Assembly (NCBI RefSeq): GCF_018350175.1
Contig: NC_058383.1
Span: forward strand, 8,372,001 to 8,436,000
Source: Felis catus
Taxonomy: Eukaryota
Reading direction: 5' to 3'
Length of the DNA: 64,000 nt
The position numbers were made by a program, and so were the translations under genes. Below, piece after piece: positions 11,551-23,280 of the stretch (position 1 is the first letter of the stretch; each line of letters starts with the position of its first letter). The notes under the pieces are model-generated. The model was not told where the DNA came from and made no database searches. It worked only from the letters and a program-made list of their open reading frames with translations.

Positions 11551-11598
11551 GGCGAGCCCGGCGGGAAGGGACAAGAAGAGGAGAAGGCGGCTGCAGAG
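11551..11598 (+). CDS. COL26A1: COL26A1 coding exon (probably exon 11), 48 bp: GEPGGKGQEEEKAAAE
   Basis: Acceptor tttctcctag|GGC, donor GAG|gtaaca; phase 0-0; end of the second collagen domain. Confidence 0.92.
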
Positions 11599-12578
11599 GT
11601 AACAGTCCTGTCGGCCGCGTTCCCCGCCTGCCCCCTCGGCTGTGTCGCAGCGGGACGGCCGGTGCCCAGCAGATCTCCACTGACACCCGTGAGCCCACAG
11701 GGTGCTGGGCCACGGGGTGAACGGGGTCCCGGCCCCGTGGAGGAGACAGATGAGGGAAGTGATGATTGCAGCATAGTGTGCCGATTCTACAGTGGGGGTC
11801 GCATGGATGGGGTGACTGGCCCGCAGCCGGAGGATGGGGGGGCCCTGGAGAAGAGAGCCCCCCGTTAAAGGAGGCTGCAGGCTGTGGAGTCCCTGTCCGG
11901 GGACGGAAGTCTCCACATACCACGCCTGGTGCACAGAGGTGCCCACAGGGTCACGGCGCTGGGGGACTGAGGATGGCACCGGGCAGGGCCCAGGGTGAGA
12001 TGGTGGGAGGGGACAGAGATGGAGCCCGGGCACGGCCGGGGGGACCCACTACCTTCTGGGAGCAGGAGGGGTGCCGGAGACCGGCGTGACGGATAAAGGG
12101 GGTGAGGGCAGTGGGGCCAGCAGGGGAGACCTCGCACGGGGAGAGTCCAAACGCCCCGCGAGTGTCAGAGCTCAGCAGGGAGGTGGGGGGAGGCTGGGGA
12201 CCTTTGGGAGGCCCTTGCAGGACTGGAGAAGTGGGTAGAGGCTGCAGGCAGAGCAGCTGCGGAGGGTACAGGAGGCGGCGGGAGGAAGAGGTGGGCACCA
12301 AGGCACGGGCACCAATTCACGGGTCACTTGTGTGGGGGACGGAGACGATACTTAGGCCTCCACTCCTTTGCATTTCATAGGCCTGCATCCCGTGGCCCAG
12401 GGACACGGGGCTTAGCAGGAGCCCTGGACCCTCTGCTCCTCCCCGGGGGGCCCCGGTCCCAGACACTGCCCACTCTGTGGCTTCCCCTGGCCTTTGGTCC
12501 CCTGGAGGGAAGGCCTCTCTCCTGTAGGATACTTTTTGGTCCCTTTTGTTTTGTTCTAAGCGAGGCTGCTGTGAATGT

Positions 12579-12707
12579 CGTGACAGCTGTCACGTTAGGC
12601 CACCAAAAGGCACCCGTTCTGGGGGCCGACTTCAGGGCGGGGCCCGACCTCCTCACCATCACTTTCCGTTTCAAAGCGGCTTTGACACCTGTCTTCTCCA
12701 TAAATCA
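12579..12707. promoter_or_regulatory. Candidate intronic TALE/HOX enhancer (MEIS/TGIF dimer palindrome, TCF site, PBX-HOX site)
   Basis: cgTGACAGCTGTCAcg (12579-12594), ttcaaag (12670-12676), tgacacctgtct (12683-12694), CCATAAATCA (12698-12707). Function is inferred from motifs only. Confidence 0.5.
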
Positions 12708-13193
12708 GTTCATTCGCGCGTCTCGGCGCACAAGGCCCTCTGCCCACGTGTAGGCCGGGCCTCACGCACTCCTGCCAACGCTCCAGAAGCCTTCGCCTTT
12801 TCTTGCCGGGGGGGGGGTCACCCCTGGAGAGCTCTCGGGTGGACGGTGCCAGCAAGGGGACCGGCAAAACACCCCCACCTGTGCTGGGTGCTCTGTCCCC
12901 GGCAGGGTATTTTCTGGGAGGAAGGGCACGCCGGGGAAGCGGCCGGGCGGCCACGGGAGCCGGAAGAACCGAGGCTCGAGGGGCCAGGTCCGGCGTTAAG
13001 CCCCAGGCTGTGTGGCCACAGGACGCCTGTTACTCTCTTTGTGCCTCGGATTCCTTGTCCGCAAAACATCCACCCTGTGATGGCTGTCAAGGAGGCGGGA
13101 GCAGGGAGGACGGGGAGGACATGTACGCGGAAGCCGCGTGGCCCCGGCTGCGTCCCTGTGGCCAGCCCTGACCCCGTGCTTCCTCCCCGCCAG

Positions 13194-13278
13194 AGTGAGG
13201 GGGTGCAGCAGCTGCGGGAGGCCCTGAAGATCCTGGCAGAGAGGGTCCTCATCCTGGAGCACATGATCGGGATCCACG
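13194..13278 (+). CDS. COL26A1: COL26A1 coding exon (probably exon 12), 85 bp: SEGVQQLREALKILAERVLILEHMIGIH (coiled-coil-like)
   Basis: Acceptor ccccgccag|AGT, donor CACG|gtgagt; phase 0 to 1. Confidence 0.96.
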
Positions 13279-14018
13279 GTGAGTTGTGACCAGGGCCTGG
13301 GGCCGGCCGGCCCCACAGCTGGCCCCAGAGTTGGGAGTCCCCTCCGCTCCCGCCTCCCCGCTGCCTGCCGCCCTTGTGGCAGCTGCGACCGTCTCTGGTC
13401 TCCGATGACACCTCCGCCTGGCTGCCAGATGGTCTTCCCCCAACCCCAGTCAGACCCTGCGCCTCCCCTTGCTCAAGGACCCTCCGTGGCTCCCTGTGGC
13501 CCATGATCGGTGTCCAGGCACGTCAAGCCCAAGCCCCTCCCCAGCATGGCCTGGTGCCCAGTGGCACGGAACCACCACCTAGTCGTCCCCAGAACCCCCG
13601 CCCCCAACCTCTGTTTTTGCTCAGGCCGGTCCCTCTGCCGGCTGACTGCCAGCTCCCATGGGGGACCTGCTCCAGGGTCCCTTCCTCTGTGAAGGCACCC
13701 TCCTCTTGCCTCACGGTGCTCCATAGGGCCTGCTGCTCCCTCACGGCGTGGGGTTTCCACGTCTCTGCCTGGCACGCTGGGAGGCCCTTGCGACAGAAGG
13801 GTGGTGACAGGGAGGGGCCTGGAGCCCAGCCCTGCTCAGCACTTGTTACCGAGTGAGCGGGCGACTGAATGGGGAGGGGGGCGCACGTGAGGGGACACCC
13901 TGCTGCTGCTGCGTTGCCCTATCCTCGCCGGGCACGTGGCTTCCCTGGTGCCAGCAGCAAAGTGCGTTCAAGTGCTCCCAAGACCCTGTGTGAGCCCGTG
14001 CACCTGCCGTCCTTCCAG

Positions 14019-14182
14019 ATCCCCTGGCCTCCCCCGAGGGGGGCTCCGGCCAAGATGCCGCCCTGAGAGCCAGCCTCAAGATGAAGCGTGGGGGCTCCCC
14101 GCCCGCCGACGGTCCCCTCGCCGCCCTGCTCGGCCCTGACCCTGGGCAGAGGAGCGCTGGCCAGGCCAGCGGCGGGAAGTAA
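14019..14182 (+). CDS. COL26A1: COL26A1 terminal coding exon (probably exon 13): DPLASPEGGSGQDAALRASLKMKRGGSPPADGPLAALLGPDPGQRSAGQASGGK*
   Basis: Acceptor ccttccag|AT; in-frame TAA at 14180-14182. Confidence 0.95.
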
Positions 14183-14459
14183 GAGGCCAGCTCTCCAGGA
14201 CAAGCCCCGCCGGAGACCCAGCTCCGAGCCCTGCGTGGCCACCGGCTTCTGAAGACACCACGTGGTGGGACTGGGCTCCAGGCACCGAGGATCCTGAGGG
14301 ACGCTGGCTCCCGGGGCCTGGGGGCCTTGGGGACAGATGGCAACTGCAGAGGCAGGGTCCAGGGGGCCCCGGCACCCTTGGCGGGGCCCTTTCCTGGTCC
14401 CTGCCCTCCCCCGCCCTCACTTTCTGCAGGAGACGGGCTCTGGGTGGGCTGGGCGGGGC

Positions 14460-14680
14460 ACGAGAATAATCATAATACTCATCATTCACTGAGTCTGGGC
14501 CTGTCCGAGGGGCTTTCCCTACATTGTCTCATTTAACCCTTAGGAGGCAGGCTTGCTACCCCACTTTCCACGGGAGGACGGAGGCTCGGCCAGTGTAAAT
14601 AATGTGCCAAGGCCACGGGACCAGGGACAGCCGGGGCAGGATTTGAACCCAGGCCTCTCGGTTCCTTAACTCGGGACCCC
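14460..14680 (-). mobile_element. MIR within the COL26A1 3'UTR
   Basis: tctcatttaaccct...ccccactttccacgggaggacggaggctc...gccaaggccac...ggatttgaacccagg. Confidence 0.7.
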
Positions 14681-15564
14681 GCCAGCTTCCTGTCTTCACA
14701 GAGAAACTCAGGGCAGGCGTGGGGCTGTGGGGAGGCTGGCCCGGCCCGCAGGGAAGGAAGGCAGGGTCCCGGGCCTCCTTCCTCAGCCTCCCCGTCCCTG
14801 GGCTTGGGGTCTGCTCCAGGGTCTGGCGGCGGCTGCTCTCAGAGGCCAGGGAGACCCTGAATAAGCCCGTGACGCTCACACGGACTTGGGGACAGTGAGA
14901 GAGGGGCACTGGGGGTGCAGGGGCCTTCAAACCAAACTGGCAGTCGCCCACCGCTGCCTCCCAGTCTCTCTGAGCCCACCCAGTCCAGCCCAGCAGGCCC
15001 TCCTGCCCCCGAGCCGAGAGGAGACAGTATTTCCCGGGAACGTGCACCTGAGGAGGCCGTCACTTGCAGCCCTGCCCTCTCTGGGAACCTGTAGGGTTGG
15101 CCATTTCCAGATCGCACAGCAAGTCTAACGACCCTTTGACAATCTAGAGGAAGGACAGCTGAGTCCCAGGCCTCATCAGGAGAGACACTGCCCGCTGAGG
15201 GCTGTGGGCCCGGGGAAGGGGCCTCAGTAGGTGGCCGGGGCCCGGGACCCCAGAGCAGCTCAGACTGCAGCCCTTAAGGCCTCTCGGGCCCTGGGTCCCC
15301 TGTGACCTGGACCAGCCCTGCTTCTCCTCTCTTGCCGGGCCGAGACCCAAAGATCGTGGTGCCACCCCAGGGCCTGTGTCCCCTCAGGGCAGGAGCCATC
15401 TGTCCCCAGCGTCCTTGGTGCTCCCGGGAGGTTGTGGCCTGGTCCCACAGGCCCCGGTAACCTCTTCTTGCCCTCAAGGTCCCGATGGCCCCTTGTGAGG
15501 CAGAACTGGCCTGGGGGCCCAGGTGTGGCAGTCAGAGGCAGCGGGCAGTCTGGAACGCTGTGAC

Positions 15565-15570
15565 AATAAA
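15565..15570 (+). terminator. Polyadenylation signal AATAAA of COL26A1
   Basis: AATAAA in otherwise GC-rich sequence, followed by a GT-rich downstream element (ggtctggtgtcctgtggtgg). Confidence 0.8.
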
Positions 15571-18500
15571 GGTGCTCTACCCACTGGGGGTCTGGTGTCC
15601 TGTGGTGGCAGCTGGGCGAGGCCTGGTGAGCCGGGCCACGGTGGCGCAGGCCGTCCCCGGAAGATGCGTATGTCGTGACCCTGTGGCTGGATGTGGGGAC
15701 AGGCGACTCCTGGCCCGTGCCACACACGCGCGGCTGTGGGGCCGCAGCAACACAGCGGGGGGTCTTCGGGGGCCAACGGGAGGGGGCTACACAGGAAAGG
15801 GACCCGGCAGGCAGGCGCACGGCACCCGCAGAGGCCGGGAGGGGCGAAGGAGGGCGGCTCGTCGCTGACTGCTTGTGCACCCACATCTTGTGCACAGAGC
15901 ATATGCGCGGGTGCAGGAAGCCTGGCTGGGCAGAGGCGTGAGCGCTTCCCCTGCAGGGCTGAGCCCCTTTTCTTCCTCCAGGCCACCCTCCCAGGTCACT
16001 GAAGCCCCCCACCTTGCCCTGAGCAACCCCTTTTGCTGGGTGAAGCCTCATCTGGGGACCAGTGCGCCCCCTGGGGTGACCACGGGACTGAATGCCATCT
16101 ACCCCCTGGTGAGACAGACCAGAGGGCAGCTCCCTCTCCCAGACCAGGGGTGGAGACGGGGCTCGGAGGGAGACTATCCACTTGGCCCAGGACACCAACA
16201 TGTGCGGCCCCACGGCCCTCAGCTCAGGGTCTCTGTGGGCCTCTCCCTCTGAGTGTCTCAAGGACAGACCACTTCCCCGCTGACCCCGGCATTCTTAGAC
16301 CAGGGGGCTGCCCCATTTGAGGGTGTGGACTGAGCACGGGCCTGCAGGGTGGATCTCCACACGTGCACAGGTGGAGGTTCAGAGGGCTGGGGACTGGATC
16401 TCCCCGGGCCCTCACGTTCTAGTCAGAGCCCCGAGTGGCCTTCCCTTCCCAGTCTTTGTAAAGGAGGAGACTTAACATATAAGTTTTAAATAATTAGATT
16501 CATGGGATGCCTCCATGGGTACCTTGGCCCTGGGTGGTGCAACTGTCTGGGGCAGGCCTTGGGGGGACTAGCAGAGTCTGGAGTGAGCCCCCAACATAGA
16601 GCAAGTTTGGAGGCATGGTACTTCCAGGCCGCAGGGAGTGGAGGGGAGTGTGGGAGGGAACAAGCTTCCGGTGGGGGGTCCCCACCAGCAGGGTGGACAG
16701 GCCAAGGCTGTGTGTCAGACGGGGCGAAGGCGGCGAGTGCGGACCCCAGAGGAGGTCCCAGTCCCCGAGGGCCAGGGCTGTGAGACAGGGTCTCCCCGGC
16801 GAGGTGCTCACGAGCTGGTCCTTCGTAAGGATGCGGCCAGGCACCGCGCTTAACATGTGGCTTATATCCCCTCCCTGCGCTTCGCGGCCGCCTTCCCTGC
16901 TTTGTGGAGGGTCCGTGCAGCCCCAGAGAAGTCGAGTGGCTCGCCCAAGGTCACACAGCCAGCTGGTGGTGAGGCTGGGTTTCCACACAGATCTGAGACT
17001 CGGGGAAGCCGTGCTCTTGGCCGCTGTGGTTCTGGAAGGAAGAGCCAAGGGCACGAGAACCAGGAGACTGTCAGGTGCGAGCAAAGGCTGACGAGCGGCA
17101 CGGATTCGGTGGCGGACAGAAGGAATGCCCACAGCGGACTGGCGCGGCTGCAAGGTGCCAGATCTTGGAGAACGTCGAATGTTCGAGGGGTAGGAAGCTG
17201 ACCCGCGGCGGGGACTGGCTGCCACGGCGGGTTCTCACGGTCAGTCTGGCCTCTTCCCTCCATCTGGCCCGTAGAATCGTCTTCCTGAAAGGCAAGTCCG
17301 CCTGCGCTGCCCCCCGTGAATCTGCAGGGGCTGCCCCGTTCCTGGCCCTGAGCCGGGGCTCTGCAGCCTGGCCCCGTCCTTGGTGACCCGTCCTCGGTGT
17401 CCCGTCCTCCTGGCTGTGGGCTTCCCCAGGAACTAGCGTCTCTCGTTGGCCTGTGGGTGCTGGCTCCCCAGCCACAGGGGAGAGCAGGCGGAGGGGGTGT
17501 GGTCTGGTACTTACAGCCCCGGGGGAGCGCAGTTCTCTGGGCTTTGGGCAAAACCTTCAGACGCATCACCTCCTCTGACTCCTGCAGCCTCTCTGGTCCT
17601 TGCTTCTGTCTCACGTCCTAAGTGTCTCTGTGCTCACGGAGGGAAACTCAAACCTGCGTGACAGGTTAAGGGGTCCCAGTGGTGACTCAGAATGGCAAAG
17701 CCAGCCACCCAGAGCCATTACTGGGCCTCCAGGACCCATGACGGCCCCTCTCCGTCCCCGCCGTCCCCAGCCCCTGGGGGAGGAGCTCATGAGCCCAGTG
17801 CAGGAGGGGAGCGAGGGGAGGAAGCTCCCACCCCTGCGCCTGCCTGCATGGGCCACCCGAGGAGTCGATCAGGGAGAATTTGCACAGCCCCCCTCCCCCT
17901 CATCTCAGTCCTACCCCCGGGGGCTCCCAAATACTGCTCGGCTCTCGACCGTGCACACACACTTCTCTCCTGTGCCCCACGGTCTAGATCCTGTGCCCCA
18001 CCTTTCTGCTCAAACAGGTTCCAGCCCCTGCTTTGTGAGCGTATGTATGAGTGTGTGCACGTACTCAGTATACAGGTGCATGTGGGGAAACCCAGGGTAC
18101 GGGAACACCTTAGTAACACTTCCCTTCTCTGCCAGGCCCCCTCCCCTCGGGTCCTGAGCAGCCCTAGTCCCAGGGCCCTGGCCTGTGACTGCCCTGTCTG
18201 GCTCGTGGGACCCTCTCCTCCTCACGTGTCCGCCCAGCTGAGTGGGAGCAAGGCACTGAAAGAGTGTAGACGGAGGCAGAACCCTGACTCGGGCCTCCCC
18301 TCTCGGGGCGGGGGTGGCTCCTGAGCAAGACAGGTGTAGGGCCCACAGCCAAGGACCCTGGCTTGCTCCACCCAAGTTGGCCACCGGCCAGAGCGGAGAT
18401 TGAAGGTCAGAGGCTACCCAAGGGCCCCAGCACGGCGGCCACTGTGTGGAGGGGACTCAGGCTGGGCTGATCCGCCAGACCTGCTGTTAAACACGCCAGG

Positions 18501-18813
18501 ACCGCCCCACTTGCCCCCCACCGTCCCGGCCCCTCGCAGAGACCTCCCGGAGTCCAGAACCCAGTCCCAGTACCAAGAACGGGATCTGCCCGACGGGTGC
18601 CCGTGCTATGCGGTTGTAAAGTACTTGTAATGTCGCTCTTGCCCCAAGGAATAGAGGTTGATGGCACAGCGGGGGGCGAGGGGGTGCGCTCTGCCTCTGA
18701 CACGTGAGGGTCTTGGGCAGGAGTTCGCAGCTGATCTGCCGCTGCCGCTGCCGCTGCCGTAGGAGAGGGGAGCTCCCGCTGGAGGGCCCAGATGGCCTTG
18801 GTCGAAAATCAGA

Positions 18814-19008
18814 GGGGCGCCTGGGTGGCTCGGTCGGTCGAGGATCTGACTTCAGCTCAGGTCGTGATCTCACAGTTCGTGAGTTCGAGCCCCACGCTGG
18901 GCTCGCTGCTGTCAGCACCGAGCCCACTTTGGAGCCTCTGTCCCTCTCTCTCTGACCCTCCTCTGCTTGCACTCTCTCAAAAATAAATAAACATTTAAAA
19001 AAAAAAAA
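18814..19008 (+). mobile_element. Can-SINE
   Basis: Head ggggcgcctgggtggctcggtcgg, aataaataaa and a poly-A tail. Confidence 0.95.
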
Positions 19009-19319
19009 CCTCAGAAGCGGGTCGTCCAGGCTGGGGTTCCTTCTGGGGCATTCCAATAGGACCCCACATTTCCTGCCCTACCCCCTGGGGTGATCCCTCT
19101 AGAGAACACAGTACAACCTGTTTCCTGGGACCAGGGGGGAATCAGAGTGTGGCTGGAAGTTAATCAGACACTCATTTGACCCCCTGGGGCTTTGCGGCCC
19201 TGAGTACACACGTTGTTAATCAGACACTTGACCCCCACGCTCAGGGACCATGTCTGAGCGTCTCCCTTCCCAGAATGTACTGCCCTCACTGCTCTGTCTG
19301 CACCGTTAGGCTCTGATCT

Positions 19320-19553
19320 TTTTTTTATTTGATTAAAAAACACTTTTTTTTAATGTTTATTCATTTTTGAGAGACAGAGACAGAGCACGAGTCGGGGAGG
19401 GGAAGAGAGAGAGGGAGACACAGAATCCGAACGGGCTCCAGGCTCTGAGAGCTGCCAGCACAGAGCCCGATGTGGGGCTCGAACTCACGAATCGTGAGAT
19501 CATGGCCTGAGCCGAAGTCAGACGCTCAACCGACTGAGCCACCCGAGCACCCC
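19320..19553 (-). mobile_element. Can-SINE
   Basis: Reverse head; degenerate TSD starting aggctct. Confidence 0.94.
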
Positions 19554-20269
19554 AGGCTCTAATTTTCTTGCAGGCAGGGTCACATCTATGTCCCCAGCAC
19601 CCCGCACTGATCACCGCAGTGAGTCACAGGACATTCCCAAGAGGAGAATGACTCCTTCCCAGAACCTAGGAGGCAGTGACCGAGGTCGTGAGCAGGGGTC
19701 AGGTGGGCATCCCAGATGGGCTTAGGTCAGAACAGAAGTCCCCTCCCACCCAATTCTCCCACACCTGCAATCCCAACCACCCCTGAGGTTTCTGGAACAC
19801 CTCTCTTCCAGACCTGTTTTATGGACGATAAAAAAAAAAAAAAAATTCACGAGATTTTCAATTACTTGAATTCCAGGGAGATTTATTTCCAATGTTATTA
19901 ATAAATTCTAATGTCACCTATAACTTTCAATTGCCAGTTAATTAACTTGCAATTGGTGCATTGTAAAAGGCAAATTAAATACTTTTCCAGGCGGGGGCTG
20001 CTAAATCTAATGAGCTGGTATGCCCCGGAGGAGACAGCCGGGCTCCTGTGTCCCAGTGAGGAGGCAGCTCCCTCCTGTTGATGGGTGTGTAGAACGGGTG
20101 GGTGACACTGAGGCCTCAGTGTCCTCATCTGTGAAACAGGATCCCAGAACCTGCCTCCAGAACCCTCATGGTATCTGGGGTTGAAGCTGTTTTATATTCA
20201 TAGATAAATGCAATGAAGGGGTCCCAAGCGGTAAGTGGGGTCAAGAGTCCTTGCTCTGACACTGTGGGC

Positions 20270-20660
20270 TGGGTCGCCGGACAGGCTCCTGAGGCTGCCG
20301 TAACAAATTGCCAGAAACGTCTTTCTCGCAGTTCTGGAGGCTCGAGTCCAAAGTCAAGGTGATGGTGGGGCTGTGCTCCCTCGGCAGGCTCTGAGGGAAA
20401 AATCCCTTCCCTTTTCCAGAGGGCGTCCCTCTGGCTTGTGGCTGCCCCCGTCTTCACCTGGCTTCCCCCGCTATGTCTGTCTTGTCCTCTGTGTCTCTTA
20501 CAAGGACTTGTCATTGTCTTTCGGGCCCATCTGGGGAGTCCAGGAATCTCTTCATCTCGACGTCCTTAACTTAATCATATCCTCAAAGACCTTTATTTCA
20601 AAATAACTTTGTATCCAGGGATTACGTCTGGGACATAGAGGTGGGAGGCCATCACTCAGC
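20270..20660 (-). mobile_element. MaLR solo LTR (MLT1-type)
   Basis: ggctgccgtaacaaattgcca...cagttctggaggct...gtccaaagtcaaggtg...tacaaggacttgtcatt...ttaacttaatcatatc. Confidence 0.8.
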
Positions 20661-20979
20661 CTACGACCGTGACCTTGGGCAAGTCACTTCAACCTCTCGG
20701 ATATTCCATCTTCCACCACATGGGACACAGGGCTGAACTGGTGAGAGAAGGTGCCTGCCGTGTGTCAGGCACTGCCCCAGCCGTCACATGTACTGACCCC
20801 TGCCAACCTGATAAAACAGGTGCTTTATCACCTTAATTTTGCCGGTGAGCAAACTCAGGCCGGAGGTCAAGTGACTTGCCCAACGGTGCCCAGGTAGTAA
20901 GTGGTGGGGCCAGGATTTGAACCCAGGCCGTCTGACCTTGAAGCCTACCCTCCCTTTCTTGGAATTGAGCTTTATTATT

Positions 20980-21340
20980 ATTATTATTATCGAACCATAA
21001 TTCACATAGCGTTCAACTCACCCATTGCAAATGTATAACTCAGTGGTTTTGGGTATATTCAGAGTTGTGCAATCAATTTTAAGACCTTTTCACCACTTCC
21101 AAAAGAAACCCTATGCCCTGGACTAACACCCCAATCACCCCATTTCCCCCCACCCCTTGGCCACCACTAACCTACTATCTGTCTATGATTTTGCCTATTG
21201 GACATTTCACATACTGGAATCATCCACTACGTGACCTCCTGCGTCTGGCTCCTTTGAACCTAATTTCAAGGTTCGCCCGTGTTACTTCGTGTATCGTTGC
21301 TTCATTTTTCTTTATGGCTGAACAGGAGCCTACACTCTTT
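20980..21340 (-). mobile_element. Old L1 3' end fragment (L1M-type)
   Basis: ataattcacatagc...aatgtataactcagtggttttgggtatattcagagttgtgcaa...ttgcctattggacatttcac. Confidence 0.8.
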
Positions 21341-22609
21341 TAACCACTATGATGACCTGGCAGCTGGGAAAACCTTTCTGTGGGGTTGGCACATTCCGGA
21401 AGGCTCCACCAAACCCTGAGGCTTGATCTTCGAGGATTCTGTGGGAGGTGGGGGACAGAGCCTCTCCCCCTCTCCCCACAGTGCCGTCCCCTCTCTTCAC
21501 GAGATTCCTGACACAGCAAGACCCCAGTGACACCAGGCAGGAGCTGGCTTGGCTGCACCTCCAAGATTTCTCCATCCGAGGGGTCAGCTGCAGCCCATCC
21601 ATTACACCTGCATTTACTAACTTGTGATTGTGAACATTGCCGGTCTCTGCCGGGGCCTGGCCCCTCGTGGGGTGCTGGGAATGCAGCAGCCCCTAGTCTG
21701 GGTGTGGACAGCCCATCTTGACCCGCCCCTGGGGGATAGACTTGGCTTCCTCAAGGGCCAGGTAACCAGGAAAAGCCCTGGGTCGTTGCCCCCCCCCCCC
21801 CGACTGGTCAGCAGCAGCTCTGGGTGAGTATGGAGGACGCCCCCAAGCCTGCCCCATCCTGCCCTCCCAGGCTCAGGCCCAGGCCACAGGATGGGGTAGG
21901 CCAGTCCTTGCCTCTCAGAGAGTGGAAAGCAAGGACAGTGGTGAGGGCAGCAAGGGACCCTAGGGAGGAGCACCCAGCCCACCCGGAGGGAGGAGCATCC
22001 TCTCAACGAGGGACATAGCTGAGGCACCTGAAAGATTGGGTAAGAGTTAACCAGGTGGAGGAGGGGGTGGGGCAAGCCCAGCAGGTGCAAAGGCCCATCA
22101 GTGGGAGAAGGAGAAAGGAAGTGTTAGAAGCACAGGGAAGTTTCCGGAAAGGGGCTGGGGGCAGATGGGGGAGGAGAGAGGGACAAGGTCAGATTAGGAA
22201 AGGTGAAGATTGGTTCTGGATGGCAGTGGCGGCCACGGAAGCTTCTAGCAGGGGAGAGACACAGCTGGACACTTGTATGGAAGGAGCCCTGCAACCAGAG
22301 GGTGTGAGGCCTGAATGGTGGCAGCGGGGAGGAGGGGACGGTTGTGAGGAGTCGGGGGATGGGTGGGCAGAGCTGGCTCTTCACTGGTCAACCCCACCCC
22401 CCCGCCCCCCCAGCCTGCTCTGTCTCTGGTTGAGGCGGGCCAGGAGGACAAGCAGGAAAGACACCTGTACCGGGGCTCTCGCAGACCTCGTACCTGGGTC
22501 ATCGGGGAGAAGGAGGGGGTGGTGGGTGCTTAAGGCTGGAGACCCAGGGCCAGCAGACGGGCCGAGTAGGGGGCCGGGGTGCGTCGTGCTGACCGGAACA
22601 CAGGCGGCT

Positions 22610-23280
22610 CTGTAAGCAACAGAAACCCAGCCCAAGTGCCTCAATATGAGGGGCTGATTGCAAGGCTGCAGGGATCTCAGGGGACACGAAGCACGGGGGC
22701 CAGGGTCGGGGCAGGCACCGGGGAGCCTATCGGATCTGAGCTGGGATCTCCGGCAGGAAGAGGTTGCTGACTCCCACGCTCTGTCGTGTGCCCGGCTCTC
22801 CTCTCCCTGAGACCCCTTGTTCTGTCCATGCTCGTGACTTCCGCGTCTTCCTACCGTAGCCTGCCATGGCGACTTGTCTCCCCGTGCACCTGGTGGCTTT
22901 GCAGTCATCCAGCGCTCAAGGGGTGGTTGTCAGGCCCCTCTTTTGCCCCTCCCCCCCCCCCCCAGTGCACAGGCTCCCGGGGGCCTCCCCAAAGATAGGA
23001 CTCCTCCTCCTTCTTGACAAAGGAGCCCAAGCTGTGGTCTCATTCCCCCAGGCGGGACACGGATGTCTGATAAAGAAGGACCCTGGGGACCTAAAGCTGG
23101 AAGCCCCACAGAGCACGGAGTCAGTGGAAGAAACTCCCGCTCTGCCAACGGTATGGCCCCTGCTTTGTGTTGCACTAGAGCCGCGTTCTCGAACAGGACC
23201 ATCCCATCCCCACCCTCCAGCTATTCGAGGACCTTGATGATGTCCCTCCAGGCTCTCAGGGCATAACGGGACCAAATCAC
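22610..23280. mobile_element. Probable ancient MaLR LTR (MLT1J/K-like)
   Basis: Begins tgtaagcaacagaaacccagcccaagtgcctcaa; very diverged. Confidence 0.45.

Larger units (their letters stand above)
178..15590 (+). other. COL26A1: COL26A1 (EMID2) gene, 3' portion: 9 coding exons plus 3'UTR; 5' exons lie upstream of the window
   Basis: Spliced exons total 879 nt = 292 aa + TAA with consistent phases. The translation (VLLLQTAEQP...WNEDFLPDAIPLAHP; two Gly-X-Y domains; QQLREALKILAERVLILEHMIGIHDPLASPEGGSGQDAALRASLKMKRGG...) matches my recollection of human collagen XXVI residues ~150-441. Confidence 0.97.
14183..15590 (+). other. COL26A1: COL26A1 3'UTR (approximate end)
   Basis: Runs from the stop codon to the first canonical AATAAA I found (15565); the cleavage site is inferred. 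Confidence 0.75.

Noticed and set aside
15260..16261. 333-aa antisense ORF overlapping the COL26A1 3' end
   Set aside because: Composition typical of a GC-rich non-coding frame; no homology recognised.
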